Assembly (NCBI RefSeq): GCF_018977255.1
Contig: NW_024704742.1
Location: 95,048,001-95,112,000 of the forward strand
Reading direction: 5' to 3'
Source: Callorhinchus milii
Taxonomy: Eukaryota
Length of the DNA: 64,000 nt
Shown: piece after piece, positions 35,641 through 48,740 of the stretch
Numbering within the stretch: position 1 is the stretch's first letter
Layout: each line of letters starts with the position of its first letter
Notes under the pieces: model-generated
What the model was told of the DNA's origin: nothing
The model's input: the letters and a program-made list of their open reading frames with translations, nothing else
The model's database searches: none
Position numbers and translations under genes: made by a program

Positions 35641-37059
35641 TACCAATCCACACAAGATACCTTTCTGAGTATCCCCCACACATATGTTAAGGAAAACAGA
35701 AGAGCCATTTGCTTTATATATTATGTACAGCCTAGGCAGGCTATGTAATTCATGCCAGACAATGTCAGTTATAATGCAGTCAAATGTAGCAGTGTGCCAT
35801 GCACCAAGATGAGAGAACCGTAAAAGCTGCAATCAAATCCCAACAAACGGATTTGAAAATACTGTACACTCACAACTCATAGGGACGCAGTCACACCCTT
35901 ACAATGGCGCAAGTCTAGCTAAAACTAACAAGCCTATACTTTAATGCAACTTAGCCTCCCCCATCTCCCAGTGTTACTGAGCAGCAGGTGCTACCAACCT
36001 GTTCTCTGATTAAGGGGTAGGATTCTCAGCGTAGCACAAATCCCCAGTGAGTGAGCAGGCAGCAGGGCTTGTTCGACTTGGAGCACACACACACATACAC
36101 ACATGAAGACTCGTTCAATCCTGATTTTGAAACAGTGACAAAAGAATAGTGAGGGAGAGGTTGATTTTTCACATTTCAGATCTCTGTTTGTTGACATTAT
36201 TTCTGATTATCCAAACTGCATATTTAGCAATCTGTAACAATATTAGTACTACTGGATCTCAAAGCAATGAGACAAGAGTATAAGGGTGGGGGAAAGGCAA
36301 GGAGGGACAGGGAGGGAGAGAGAGATTTTCACATTTAATTCAGTTAAAACTCCTCCAAATAGCAGACGGGATTTGAACTCTGTTGCTGGTGAGTTTGGTC
36401 TGCCTTTTGTAGTCAAACTTAGCAGTCAATTTGTGTGCAGCAATATCCCACAAACAGCCATGAAGTGAATGACCTCTGAACAAGGACCTTGGTTTAATTT
36501 CTTATCCGAAGGATGTCACCACTAACATTGCTGCTCTCCCACAGCACCATATATAGTGCCTTGGAACATTCTGATGTGAAAGGTGCTGTAGAAATGTAAT
36601 CTGTTGTAGTATTGGAGCATCCCGACATGGGGCTTGAACCCACAACCTTCTGACTCAGAGGATAGAGTGCTACCAACTGAACCAGGCTAATACCCTGGCT
36701 CAGGATTCTCTACAATTTCCAATCTTCTATATTCCTTTGCTTGTCTCTTATATGGACTGAGATCTAGTAGACAGGGTTCTGGTTGATATGATTCACTTGT
36801 TAGAGGTAATAACACTATTTCAGCCCACTTAGTGGTGGCAAGCTTCAAAGGTCATACATTGGTGCTAATGAACAAAGAGGATATGCCACCCGATTTACAC
36901 AGACTGTGAAGTTAGCACAATTTGGGGTCTGCACAAGAGTGAGGAAATCTAGCGCTAGGTGTTGGATGAGTTTTTTCATTATCACAGTTGGGTTTCTTGA
37001 CTGGGAAAAAAGATTTTGGAGAAGTGAGTGGAAAGAAAGAGGAATTGATTTGAGAATTG

Positions 37060-38230
37060 AAATGCTTCAATGTGCTTGATTTACCTTCATAAACAACCTG
37101 GGGCTAGAAATCACAAACACAGTGCCTAAATTTGCAGATGACACAAAGCTAATGAAGGTGGTAGCCTGAAAAGATGAACAAGATAGATTACATTTCTTGG
37201 GAATTGGGCAAATCAATGGCAGATGAAATTGAATGTAAAGGAATGCAAAGTGCTTCACATGGGGACAAAACATCCAGGAAGGGACTATTATTTAAATGGT
37301 AAGAAAATAATCTTTACGGAAAATGAAAAGGACCTGGGGATCCTGATTGATAATAAAATGAAGCTATCCCACCAGTGCTCGGTAGCAGTGAGTAAGGCAA
37401 ACCAGATGCTGGGATGTACTAAAAGGGCAATATTGAGCTGCAATAGTGGGGTAATCCTGCCACTTTACAAATCATTGGTGCGATCACACTTGGAATACTG
37501 TGTGCAGTTCCGGTCACCGCAATATAAAAAGGATATTTCAGCGATTGAGAGGTTACAAAAGAGGGCAACCAAAATGATTGAGGGGATGGAGGGACTGGAC
37601 TATGAGGAGTGATAGGTAAGCTGGGCATGTTCACCCTGGAGAAGAGAAGGTTGAGGGGCGATATGATTACGATCTTAAGATTCTTAAGGGAATAGATAAT
37701 GTAGACCATAACAAACTGTTTTATCTTGTACTGAACAGTAGAACCAGAGGACATGGCCTATGACTGAAAGGGGAGAAATTCAGAACAAATTTGCGGAAAT
37801 AATAATAATAATCCTTGCATTTGATATAGCGCTTTTCACGTCGGGAGGACGTCCCAAAGCGCTTCACAGAATATACTGTAAAGTGAATTGACTGTATATT
37901 TGTGGGCGAACGCGGCAGCCAATTGCGCACAGCAATGTCCCACAAACAGTCATGGATTGAAAATGACCAATTTATTATTGTTTTTTGGTTTTGGAGGGAT
38001 TATTATCAGGCGTGTGGAGTAAGGAAACTTGCCCAAGGTTTCGCCCTCTGCCTGGAATTGAACTCAGGTCTCTCACTTGCAAAGCGAGTGCTCTAACCAC
38101 TGAGCTACAGGACTCCACAATACTACTTCAGTGAGAGAGAAGTAAACTTATGGAACAGACTTCCTAGGGAGACAGTGGAAGCAGAAAATGTCATTTGTTT
38201 CAAGAACAAATTAGATACATTTCTGCTAGA
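37060..38230 (+). mobile_element. CR1 fragment interrupted by a SINE (37798-38118)
   Basis: KFADDTKL, LYKSLVRSHLEYCVQF; the CR1 resumes after the SINE. Confidence 0.88.
37798..38118 (-). mobile_element. tRNA-head SINE, full length, inserted in CR1
   Basis: Intact head and tail; aata at both junctions. Confidence 0.92.
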
Positions 38231-39632
38231 AAATAATATCTCAGGACACCTGATAGAGTTTTTTGATGAAGTAACGGATAGGGTGGATGAAGGTAGTGCA
38301 GTTGATGTAGTTTATATGGATTTTCAAAAGGCGTATGATAATGTATCACATAAGAGACTTGTAAGCAAAATAGAAGCCCACAGTATTAAAGGGACATTGG
38401 CAGCATGGACACAGACCTGGCTGGGAGACAGAAAACAGAGAGTGGTGGTGAACGGTTATTTTTCTGACAGGAGGGAAGTGTGCAGTAGTGTCCCCCAGGG
38501 GTCGGTATTAGGACCACTGCTCTTTTTGATAATGAAAAGACTTAATAGAATTTTTCATGTCTTCGAGGCATCTCAAAGCGCATCACAAAATATACAGTAA
38601 AGTGAATTGACTGTTTTTTTGTGGGCAAAATGATAAAGTATATTTTATATATCGATCTATATAAATGATCTGGACTTGGGCATAGGGAGTAAAATTTCTA
38701 AGTTTGCAGATGATACAAAGCAAAGAAAAGTAGTAAACGGTGAGGAGGATAGTAGCAGACTACAAGAGGACATAGACAGATTGATAAAATGGGTAAACAT
38801 GTGGCAGATGAAGGTTAATGTGGAGAAATGTAAACTGATGCATTTTGGGAGGAAGAATGAGGAGAGGCAATATAAGCTGACGGTACAATATTAAAGAGGG
38901 TGAAGGAACAGAGAGACCTGGGGGTTCATACAAGTAAATCTTTGAAGGTGGCAGGACAAGTAGATAAAACTGTTAAAAAAGCATACGGGATACTACGCTT
39001 TATAAATAGGGGAATAGAATACAAATTCAGGAAGATATGAGCAACCTTTACAAAAAACACTGTTAGACCTCAGCTAGATTACTGTGTTCAGTTCTGGGCA
39101 ACACACTTTAGGAAGGATGTCAAGGCATTGGAGCGGGTGCAATGGAGAATTACCAGGATGGTTACCAGGAATGAGGGATGTCAATTATGAGGAGAGGCAA
39201 GAGAAGCTAGGATTATTCTCCTTGGAGCAGAGAAGGTTAAGAGTAGACTTAATAGAAGTTTTCAAAATTATGAGGGGATTTGATAGGGTGAACAAGGAGA
39301 AACTGTTTCCACTGGCGGGTGGGTCGGTAACCCAAGGACACCGATTTAAAATAGTTGTTAAAAGAAACAGAGGTGGAGGTGAGGAGAAATTTTTCACGCA
39401 GCGAGTTGTTCGAATCTAGAATGCATTGCATGAAAGAGTGGTGGAAGCCGACTTGATAACAACTTTTAAGAGATAATTAGATAATTAGTTAGTTGGACAA
39501 GTTTGCAGGGCTATGGGGAGAGAGTAGGGAGTAATATTGATTTGGATAGCTCTTTTCAAAGAGCCGACACAGACCTGATGGGTTGAATGGCCTTCTTCTG
39601 TGCTGTTTAATTCTTTGATTCTATTCTATGAT
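38225..39632 (+). mobile_element. CR1 RT-to-3' fragment with frameshifts and a small SINE-tail insert
   Basis: [34 protein letters not shown]; attctatg tail. Confidence 0.92.
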
Positions 39633-39654
39633 ACGTGTATAGTTTGAGACACAA

Positions 39655-40246
39655 AACGTCACATCAAGGCTCGATTACGGAAACTCCCACCTCATCGGCC
39701 TTCCCAATTCTTCCCTTCACAAACTGCAGATCATCCAAAACTCTGCAGCTCGTGTACTCTCACGCACCAGGCTCCGCAACCCCATCACTTCCACCCTCAC
39801 CCGACTCCACTGGCTCCCCATCCCCCAGAGGATCGAGTTCAAGATCCTCATCCTCACCTTTAAAGCCATCCATGGCCTTGCCCCCTCCTACCCCTCTGAC
39901 CTGCTGACTCCCTACCAACCTGCCTGCTCCCTCTGTTCAGTGGGCTCCATGTCTCCCACCCGACCCGCCCTACTATCAGTGGCCGGGCTTTCAGCCTCTC
40001 TGGCCCCACACTCTGGAACCCCATTCCACGGTCCCTTCGTCTCGCTTCCTCCCTTGCATCCTTCAGGCCGGTCTCAAGACCCTTCTCTTTGACCGTGCCT
40101 TTGGTCTCCCTCCCACCTCTCCGCCTTCCCTCACCCCTACACCACCCCTCCCCCATGCTTGGGCCCCGACACCTGACTGTTCAGCGCTTTGGCACGTCCT
40201 CCCGACGTGAAAGGCGCCTTGTAAATGTAATTTTGTTGTTGTTGTC
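39655..40246 (+). mobile_element. L2 3' fragment
   Basis: Same subfamily as 31435-32119; (ttg)n tail. Confidence 0.9.
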
Positions 40247-42019
40247 AAGCGACTGCCAGAATGGTGGAATGCGAATTAGATGGACAAAAGTTGAAAAATT
40301 TTGGGGATTGAGAAACTCAAAATAAATCGTCGATGCAGGGGAAGCCACAACTCAAGTCAGGGGTGTTCAGTGAATTATAATGACAAGGTTCAGTGAGTAG
40401 AAACCATTAACCAGCAGCTAGGGCTCACAACATCAATGTTAATCTAATGTTGTAAGCATGGCTGGACAAGGGCACATATACTAAACTCAGTGCAAGACTA
40501 GACACTGCTGTCAGTTGGCAGGAACTTAATGTCAAGAAATGGATCAGTTCATGGCATTGTTCAAACAAAGTCTAAAAAATATACACTTCACCAGATAATA
40601 ATAATCCTTACATTTGATACAGTGGCTTATCATGTGGATGAGACATCTCAAAGCGCTTCAAAGAATATACTACAAAGTGAATTGATGTATTATTCATTAC
40701 GTATTATTTTGTAGCCAAATGCACACAACAGTGTCCCACAACAGTTGTTGATTGAGTTGCCCAAATTATTATTTTTTTTAAAAAAATTGAAGGGATTATT
40801 ACCATGAAAAGTGAACTGCCAATCAACTAACAACCAGATTACTACTAACTGCTACATAAACAGAGGTGTGTGGAATAAGGAAATTTGCCTGTTTCACTCT
40901 GCCCGGGAAATGTAGCGGTCAATGATGCTCTATGACTGATGTTCAGTGGCGTTGATTAAGAAAACAAATCTAAAAGGTCGAGTAGGTCAGGGAAAAGCCA
41001 GCTGGGAAACATCAATCAGTTTGACCTGCGCAGCGCGGAGGTGGCAATGGGAAGGCGGCGCCACTAATAACACATCATTCCCCCACCTCCCACCTTCCAC
41101 ATGATTGCAAAACCTATTACCATGCTAAAGAGTATTCAAACCAGACTGAGAGTTCCATGCATGGCACCTGGACATGGAAAATCATGTGTCAAGAACTAAA
41201 GCTTATTAATTCCAAAGCATGCTCATGGCTCCACTGGAGTTTAACCAGCTAACACCACATAGCTTGCCATTGAGAGCACTGTCTAGCAAGCTTCTCGTTG
41301 CTTGTCCAGCTATGACCACCCTAACCATTAGACCTTTGGCTTTACATTTCAGCTGAGAGGGAAATATCTATGTTTCTGGACGTTTGATGGCCAGGACACC
41401 AGAGGAAACTTGCTTCTCTTTTTGAATAGTTCCATGGGATCTTTAATGTCCGCATGAACAGGCAGATGGGACATTAAGGTTAAACACCTCACCCGAAATA
41501 GAAATATTAAAATAACATAGAATGAAAAAGGAAACAGACATTACCTAACAGTTAACCACATCAATGACAAACTACTGAGGGAAATGATTGACTTTAGTGT
41601 GTTATGACCCTGTAAAATGACTTGCTTATGCCAACTCAGACTGTATGCCTGAGGGTTATTAGTAGCTAATTACTAGCTTACTTATAGGACAGAGTACTGC
41701 AAAGTGACCTTAGATCACTGAGATACACCAGTTCTCACGTGTATGTTTTACTGCAATTGAATAAATTCATTAGCGCCCACAGATATACAGTCAATTGACT
41801 TTACAGTATTTTCTGTGAGGCGCTTTGGGACGTCTAGAAGATGTGAAAAGCGCTATATCAAATGCAAGAATTATTATTATTATTATAAGGAAAAAAAATT
41901 TATGCAAAACATCTTGTCAACATCATGTCAAAACATCTTGAAGTGCTTCACGGGTAATTATTGCAAATGTAGTAACTATTTCTATAACCCAATATGGCAG
42001 CAGTTTGTATTATAAATAA

Positions 42020-42442
42020 AATAAATAATAATCCTTATGTTTGATATAGCGCCATTCATGTCTGGGGCAGCTCAAAACACTTATTTATTGTAAAGTCTAG
42101 TGAGTATGTATTTTGTAGACAATTCCAGCAGCCAACTTGCAAATAACAATGTCCCACAAACAGCCATGAGGTAAATGATCAATGTTATCTGGGGATTGTT
42201 GACCGAGACACCAAAAGAAACGCCCTTCTCTATTTGAATAATGCCACGGGAACTTTACCGTTCACCTGAACAGGCAGACAGACCTCAGTTTAATGTTCCA
42301 ACCAAAGGACTGTACTCTCTGACAAATCAGTGCTTCCCAGCACTATAGTGGTATATTAGCCTAGACTGAGTCCAACGTAGGACTTAAATTCATGACCTTC
42401 AGACAAAGCAACAAGATTGCTACCAACTGAGCCTGGCTGACA
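42020..42442 (-). mobile_element. Deu-domain tRNA SINE
   Basis: Deu core plus head ending ctaccaactgagcctggctgacac. Confidence 0.8.
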
Positions 42443-43094
42443 CTTTAAGAAATGAGAGAGATCCTAAGGAAGGGAGAGAGATCAGTGGGAAAGACAAAGA
42501 TAGGAGATTTGTTGAAGAGAGACAGAGACAGATGTGTTGTGTGATTGTTACCAGTACTTACTGTGCCCTATGGTACTCAGTGGTACAGCTGATGGTACTC
42601 AACAGCTCTTGGGGAGTATTTTCCTGATTGGGTGACTTATGCACTAAGTACTGAAGGGGAAGGGGTTAACATTCAATATCATGGATAGATCAGACTGAAT
42701 AGTGCAGACCCAACACCATGACAAATACAGTACAGCAATATTTCTGAGGTCAAACCAGTCAATTGCTTTAAAGGTACAAATACATATTAAACAAAACTTG
42801 CAAATAAAATTTCCAAAAATGAGGGTATCTGGCAGGGGGATTAATGCAATATCATATATTTCAAAGCAGTGAAAAGTCCAAGGGATCTGATTGTTATCAA
42901 CATTGTGAATACAACAACCCCTTTGATTCAGAAAATCAATTTTGTGTTGTTGACGCCCATTGCTACATAGTAATCTTCCCACGACTGATATGATGGTGGA
43001 CAATTGGCTCCCAGGCCCTCCCTGATGTATCTCTGAACTGCAGTTGCCATGTCCCCACCCCCAACGGTTCAAAGGGGACCTATATTTATTTGGA

Positions 43095-43350
43095 GGGGTC
43101 AGCCAGGTGTCTGACACATGCAGAAACCCATCACCATGTTTAAGAGTATCCAAACCAAGCTGAGATTTCCATGCCTCCAACCTGAACATGGAAATTCCAG
43201 AGATAGATGGTTAGCATGGAATGCGCACTCTCTCCCTGAAGAGACGCAGCCTGCTTACCTAACTCCGGAAAGTATTAGGCCCAGGTTGGTAAAAGCCAAG
43301 GCTTGGGGACCCAGAATGTGCGTTGGGTGCTGCCGTTATCTAACCAGCTA
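43095..43350 (-). mobile_element. GGCTGACC-tail family 3' portion
   Basis: ggtcagccaggtgtctgacacatgcagaaacccatcaccatg... Confidence 0.65.
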
Positions 43351-44146
43351 AAAACGTACACTGTAAACCACAATAAGATATGTTGTGATATACATTGTCA
43401 TTGAAAAACTGCAATAATAAATCAACATTTGCAAATATGAAATGAAAACAAAGCTTTTTGGTTCATGTCTTTTTAAACTGAGATCGTTCTCAGTGCCAAG
43501 GTCACCTTGGATTAAATCAACTTTTTGCTTTGCCTGCAAATGAACAATCACTTCACTTGACAGCCATTCCTTGTGAAGTGTTTTGCAACGTTTCAAAGTT
43601 ATAAGTGCTACATTAAATGCAGAACTGAATAATAATCCTTATCATGTTGATAAGTGTCAAAGTCAAACAGAGCAGACAATTTACTCACAACAATGGCTCA
43701 GAAAACAGCCGTGAAGCAAGTGAACAGTGCTTTTTAATCTAGGGGATTGACTCCAGGTGACTCCTTTCATTTAGCAAATAGCCTCATGGAATCTCTAAAG
43801 TCTCTTCAGGGAGAGAGTGTGCATCCATGCTAACAATCTATCTCTGGAATTTCCATATTTAGGTGGGAGGCATGGAAAGCTCAGCTTGGTTTGGTTACAC
43901 AGGCAGATGGAAAACTCAGTTTAACATATGCAAGCTCAGTTTAACACCTCATCCAAAGGACTGCAGCTCTGAAAATACAGCACTCCCCCATCACTGCACT
44001 GAAGGGGCAACACAATGCAAATTACAATACAAAATTACATTTATATGGCGTCTTTCACTTTGGGAGGACATCCAAAGGCACTGGACAGTCTGTTTGTACC
44101 CGAGCTGGGAGTGAGGGTGAGGAAGTGTGGGCGGGGGAAATGAGGG

Positions 44147-44149
<3 letters not shown>

Positions 44150-44180
<31 letters not shown>
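44150..44180 (+). repeat. (TG)15 microsatellite within an L2 3' UTR
   Basis: Directly visible. Confidence 0.95.
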
Positions 44181-44183
<3 letters not shown>

Positions 44184-46117
44184 GGGAAATACAGCGTGAT
44201 CAAAGAGGAAGATCTTGAGTTAGACTTTGAAGGAGGCGGTAAGGGGGTGGGCCTTAGGGACTGCAGTTCCAGAGAATGGCGATAGATACACTAAAATCTC
44301 AATCACCGATGGTGGGGCTGGTGGGATGGGGGGACAAGAAGCCGGCTGGTGCCTGTTGAGCAGAGGGAGCAGCTGAGTTTGTAGTCTTGACTTGGATCTT
44401 GAACTCACAACCTTCCAACTCAGTGGCTAGAGTGCAACCAACTAAGCCAGGCTGACACCTACAAATGTAACCTTATTTAGTCTGGGGTGGTGATGCCTCT
44501 GCACTTGCTGAAACAAAACTAAAGCAAAGAGATTTGGGTCAAATCACAGTATACAGCTACCTCTAGCTTTTCATGGCTAGAGTCTCTTTGGATTAGCAAT
44601 CAGGTCGCTTCCAAGCACCAATTCCCAGATTTCTTTATGGAATTGTTCCCTGAAGTTCATGTACCCTATGTTATCAGGATGACTTCCTTGTAGTAAAAAT
44701 TCCCCCAGGAGAAGAAAATGAATAATGAATATAATGGCAAGACAGGAGATCAGTCGCTTAACATTCCTCACTTACATTGGTGATCAAGCTTTCAAATTCT
44801 ACGCCCCTAACCTCTGCAACTCCCGCTCTCAATCCCTCTATCTCGCCCTCTCTCTATCTGACCAAGTCCCACCTTAACACCTGCTTCTTCAACCGCTACC
44901 TATGGTAACCTCTCCCTTCGCCCCTTCCCCACCCTCATACCGCCCCTCCCCACTCCCTCCTGCTCAGCATCTGTCTCAAACATCATAAATGCTTGCGATG
45001 GTTTGGATTGTGCAATGTGAATGGCACTATATAAATGTAAGTTGTTGTTGTGCTAGATGGCAGCGATTTAGCTGTTATTTGCCAACATGACTCTAGATGC
45101 CTTGTTCCTTTAATCTTATCACTGTGCTGCAGACTATTCAATTATTTTAGATGGTAAAAATGTGCAGTTGTGTTATCTTTTTATTAGGCAATGGTTTCAG
45201 TGCAGGCAGGAAGATTGTTGAAAAATTAAAATAACTTGGAAATGTCATTTATTGCACGGTTTTATCTATCCAGCATCCAAAGGTACATTTAGAGCAATTT
45301 TAATTCCACATATTAGGAACACAAGAGCAAAATACCTTGATATGTTTTGAAAGAATTCTATTTCTACAAAAGAGAAATATCTTTTTTTCATGTAAGTGAA
45401 GAAAGAAGGGACTTGCATTTTTATAGCAACTTATCAAATGAAAGTATCTCAAAGCATATCACATGTAATTACTGTCAAATATATTGACTGTTTTGGTAAA
45501 TGAATACAGAAGTGAGTTACGCTCAGCAAGTTTCCACAAACAACCATAAAATGGATTATGAATTAATCTGGAATATTGTTACACAGGGAAACAGACCATT
45601 CAGCATAACTAGTCCGTAACAGAGTTTATATTCCACAAAAGTCTCCACCACTCCTAATCCCCTTTCCCATATTCCCACTATCCCCTTTCTTCTCCTGTTT
45701 CTCTCTGCCTCCGTGTCCTCCTGGACATCCCACTGCTTCTGCACAGTCAATCATGCCATCCCTTTGAGTGGGCCTGCACAAGTCCTACTTGACCCAGAGT
45801 CATCATTTTGTCTCCTCCAAAGGTTTCTCCTCCCACCCCCGCACCATCACTAGTATTTAAACTACTATCAAAATTAGGATATGGGTTTAACACAGTTGTA
45901 AAGCTATTACACCAGTCATGTAAAACCATCAGTTACGGGAACAGAGTTGAAACCGATTAAGGGTCAGAGAGTCCTAAATAAGACGTTTTGACCATTTTTG
46001 CAGATCAGCAAATTTGGTTTAAAATAACCTCCAAGTGAAAAGTAGTCCTTATCTTACACTTCTATGCCTAAAGGTCTTCCTGAGGACAGTATACTTCAAC
46101 TCTACTGAAATGCAGGA

Positions 46118-46797
46118 GGCCTCAAATTTCTCTCAGTCTTAGCCTGTAAGACCGTTTTGTCTTAAAATGTAGGATTGTATGAAAATTCTTAAATTCAGTC
46201 CTGGTTTGGAAGCTCGCTTTTCCACAGTTTTTGAAAAGAACAACAGAAATAACAACTTATAATAATAATATTATTAATAAAAGTAATCCTTACATTTGAT
46301 ATAGCACTTTTCACATCAGGAGATGTTTCAAATCACTTAACAGGATATACTGTGGAGTGACTGGATATTTTGGGGGCAAACATGGCAGCCAACGTGCGCA
46401 CAGCAATGGCCAAGAAATGAATGATCAATTTTATTTGGAGGATTGTTGGCCAGGACATTGGGAGAAACTCCTGTCGCTTTTTTCAAAGAGTGCCATGGGA
46501 TCCTTAGCATTTGAACAGGCAGAGAGAGAGGCAAGACCTCAGTTTGATGTCTCATCCAAAGGAAAACTCCAATAATGCAGTGTACCCCTAGCGCTGCATT
46601 GCAGTGATTAGTCTAGACTATATAAGTTCATTGTCCCCAACGTGGGTCTTGAATCCACAACGTTGTAACTCAGATGAGAGTGCTATCAACTGAGCCAGGC
46701 TGACACAACTTGCAAACAGCTTCTAAATTAGGACTGAATTTAAGACTTTTCCACATTCTTAAGACTTACAGGCTAAGACTAAATGAAATTCAAGCCT
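46118..46797. mobile_element. MITE-like inverted arms (46118-46220 and 46710-46797) with a Deu SINE (46260-46705, minus strand) in the centre
   Basis: agtcttagcctgtaag...cttaaattcagtcct mirrored by aggactgaatttaag...cttacaggctaagact. Confidence 0.7.
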
Positions 46798-47209
46798 CAG
46801 ATGGATGCACCACATACATATTCAGAAATTACAGTGTGACTAAAATTTAATAGGATTCAACCCACCTACTAACAACTGGCTTCAACAGTGTTTTACTCCA
46901 GTGCAGCAGCTTTATCACCAAGTGTAAACCAATATAAATACTGTGCTGCCTAAATCCACTTTTACGCCTGGAAAGTTGATGCGTGGTACCAAGTGAGGAT
47001 TTAAATTATTGCAGGCTCTGAAATCTCTCCTGAAACATTCATGTGATTGTGTCAATCTGATGTTTCACTCCACAGATTTAATGAAGGTTAAGATTGGTTA
47101 AACAAAATATTGAAGAAGGCAGAAAGTGAAAGATCGTAAAATCAGAAAAAAAACAAAGCAAAACGATGAAAGCTATCATAATAACCTTACCCCATAGCTG
47201 GTCCCTCCC

Positions 47210-47820
47210 CAGGACCGCTTTCCTCCACCTGCACCACATTGCCTGCCTCCAACGGTACCTCACACCTAATGCAGCCGAAACCCCTTATCCACGCATTCAT
47301 CACCTCCCGCCTCGATAATTCAAATGCCCTCCTCGGTCTGTTGCCCAGCTCCACCATTCATGAAATCCAATTAATTCAAAACTCTGCTGCCTGTATCCTC
47401 ACCTACACCAAACTCTGTACTCTATCATCTCAGTCCTTACCAGGCTCCACTGGCTCCCTATTACAAATCACTTTATATCCTGGCATCTCCCTAACTCTCT
47501 GACCAGAGTACAACCTACTCGACTAGCCACCGTCTCCGCTCGGCTGACTCCAGCCTTCTGTTTGTCCCTCGTCCCTTCCGCTCCACCATCGGCTGCCGTA
47601 CTTTCAGCCACTATGCCCTGAAACTATGAAATTCTCTCCCTCAATCCATCCACCTTGTCATCTCCTTAAACACCTTCAAATCACATCTGAGGATTTCCTT
47701 GCAACTGTGAAAATGGTTACCTTTCCCCTTCTCTCCAGCTCAGGCCCAAGCTCTGCCACTGTTAAGTGCTCCAAGATGCTACCTGCATTAAGGTGCTATA
47801 TAAATATAAGTTGTTGTTAT
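47210..47820 (+). mobile_element. Older L2 3' fragment
   Basis: [17 protein letters not shown]; family tail. Confidence 0.85.
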
Positions 47821-48740
47821 CACATTGCTGAGATGTCTCAAAGTACATCACAGTACAGTAAAGTGATGTGACTGTTGTATTTTGTGAGTGAATGTGGAAG
47901 CCAATTTGTGTAGAGCAATGTTCCATAAACAACCACAAAATGAGTTAGATAAGAAGAAAGAAAGATTGCTATATGTACGAATTTAGCAGATATAAGAGAG
48001 GAGATGTCAAGGTTAGGATGGGAGAAAAATAGGCAAACAAATCAAATATAAAAAGGTAAATATAAGTGATTAATAGAATAATAGAGAGAAAATTTGAAGG
48101 AGAAGCAAATATATAGGCAGAAAAATATGCTTTTAACAGCACTCAATATAAGAATGCTCTGGAATTTTCAGATCAAATTGACAATTATGGACGGCTCCTC
48201 CAATTTGCTTCATCAGATTACACACATATGAATTTTGATGTGCATTTCAGTGATCAGCTTGCAGAATGCTGCTGCCAAGCCAGCCCAAGGACACACACAA
48301 ATAACTGGATAGTTTATAGATGAATTAGTGAAACTGACAAGTAGATTGACCAAAAGCAGGCCTGCAGCTCAAAGCCCAACATCCAAATATCTTACTTAGT
48401 TGCTTGAACCTATTGCACAGATCCTAAATTAAGCCTCCCTCCCGCTCCCTCCCACTCACATAATAATCTGAAATGCATCGTTTTTAAAAATATATATTCC
48501 ATTGTGGACGAGCTATTTTCAACTTCAGCGCTTAAGAGAAATAATCTGCATTGTCATGCACTGTGATCTGTATATTTTGTGCACCTAAAACATTCTTTCA
48601 TAATGTTCTGGTGTGGGTTCCGATCTCGCACAGCACATGAATACTATAGGTGTTGATCTTTAGAGTGAAACCAAACTACTAGGTGAGACTTCGTCTCGCA
48701 GACAGGCTGGAAGCACAAGAGTGTGTTATGGAGGAATTAT

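Noticed and set aside
42644..43189. 181-aa minus-strand ORF
   Set aside because: It starts within a GGCTGACC-family repeat, has no recognisable domain, and looks like a chance ORF.
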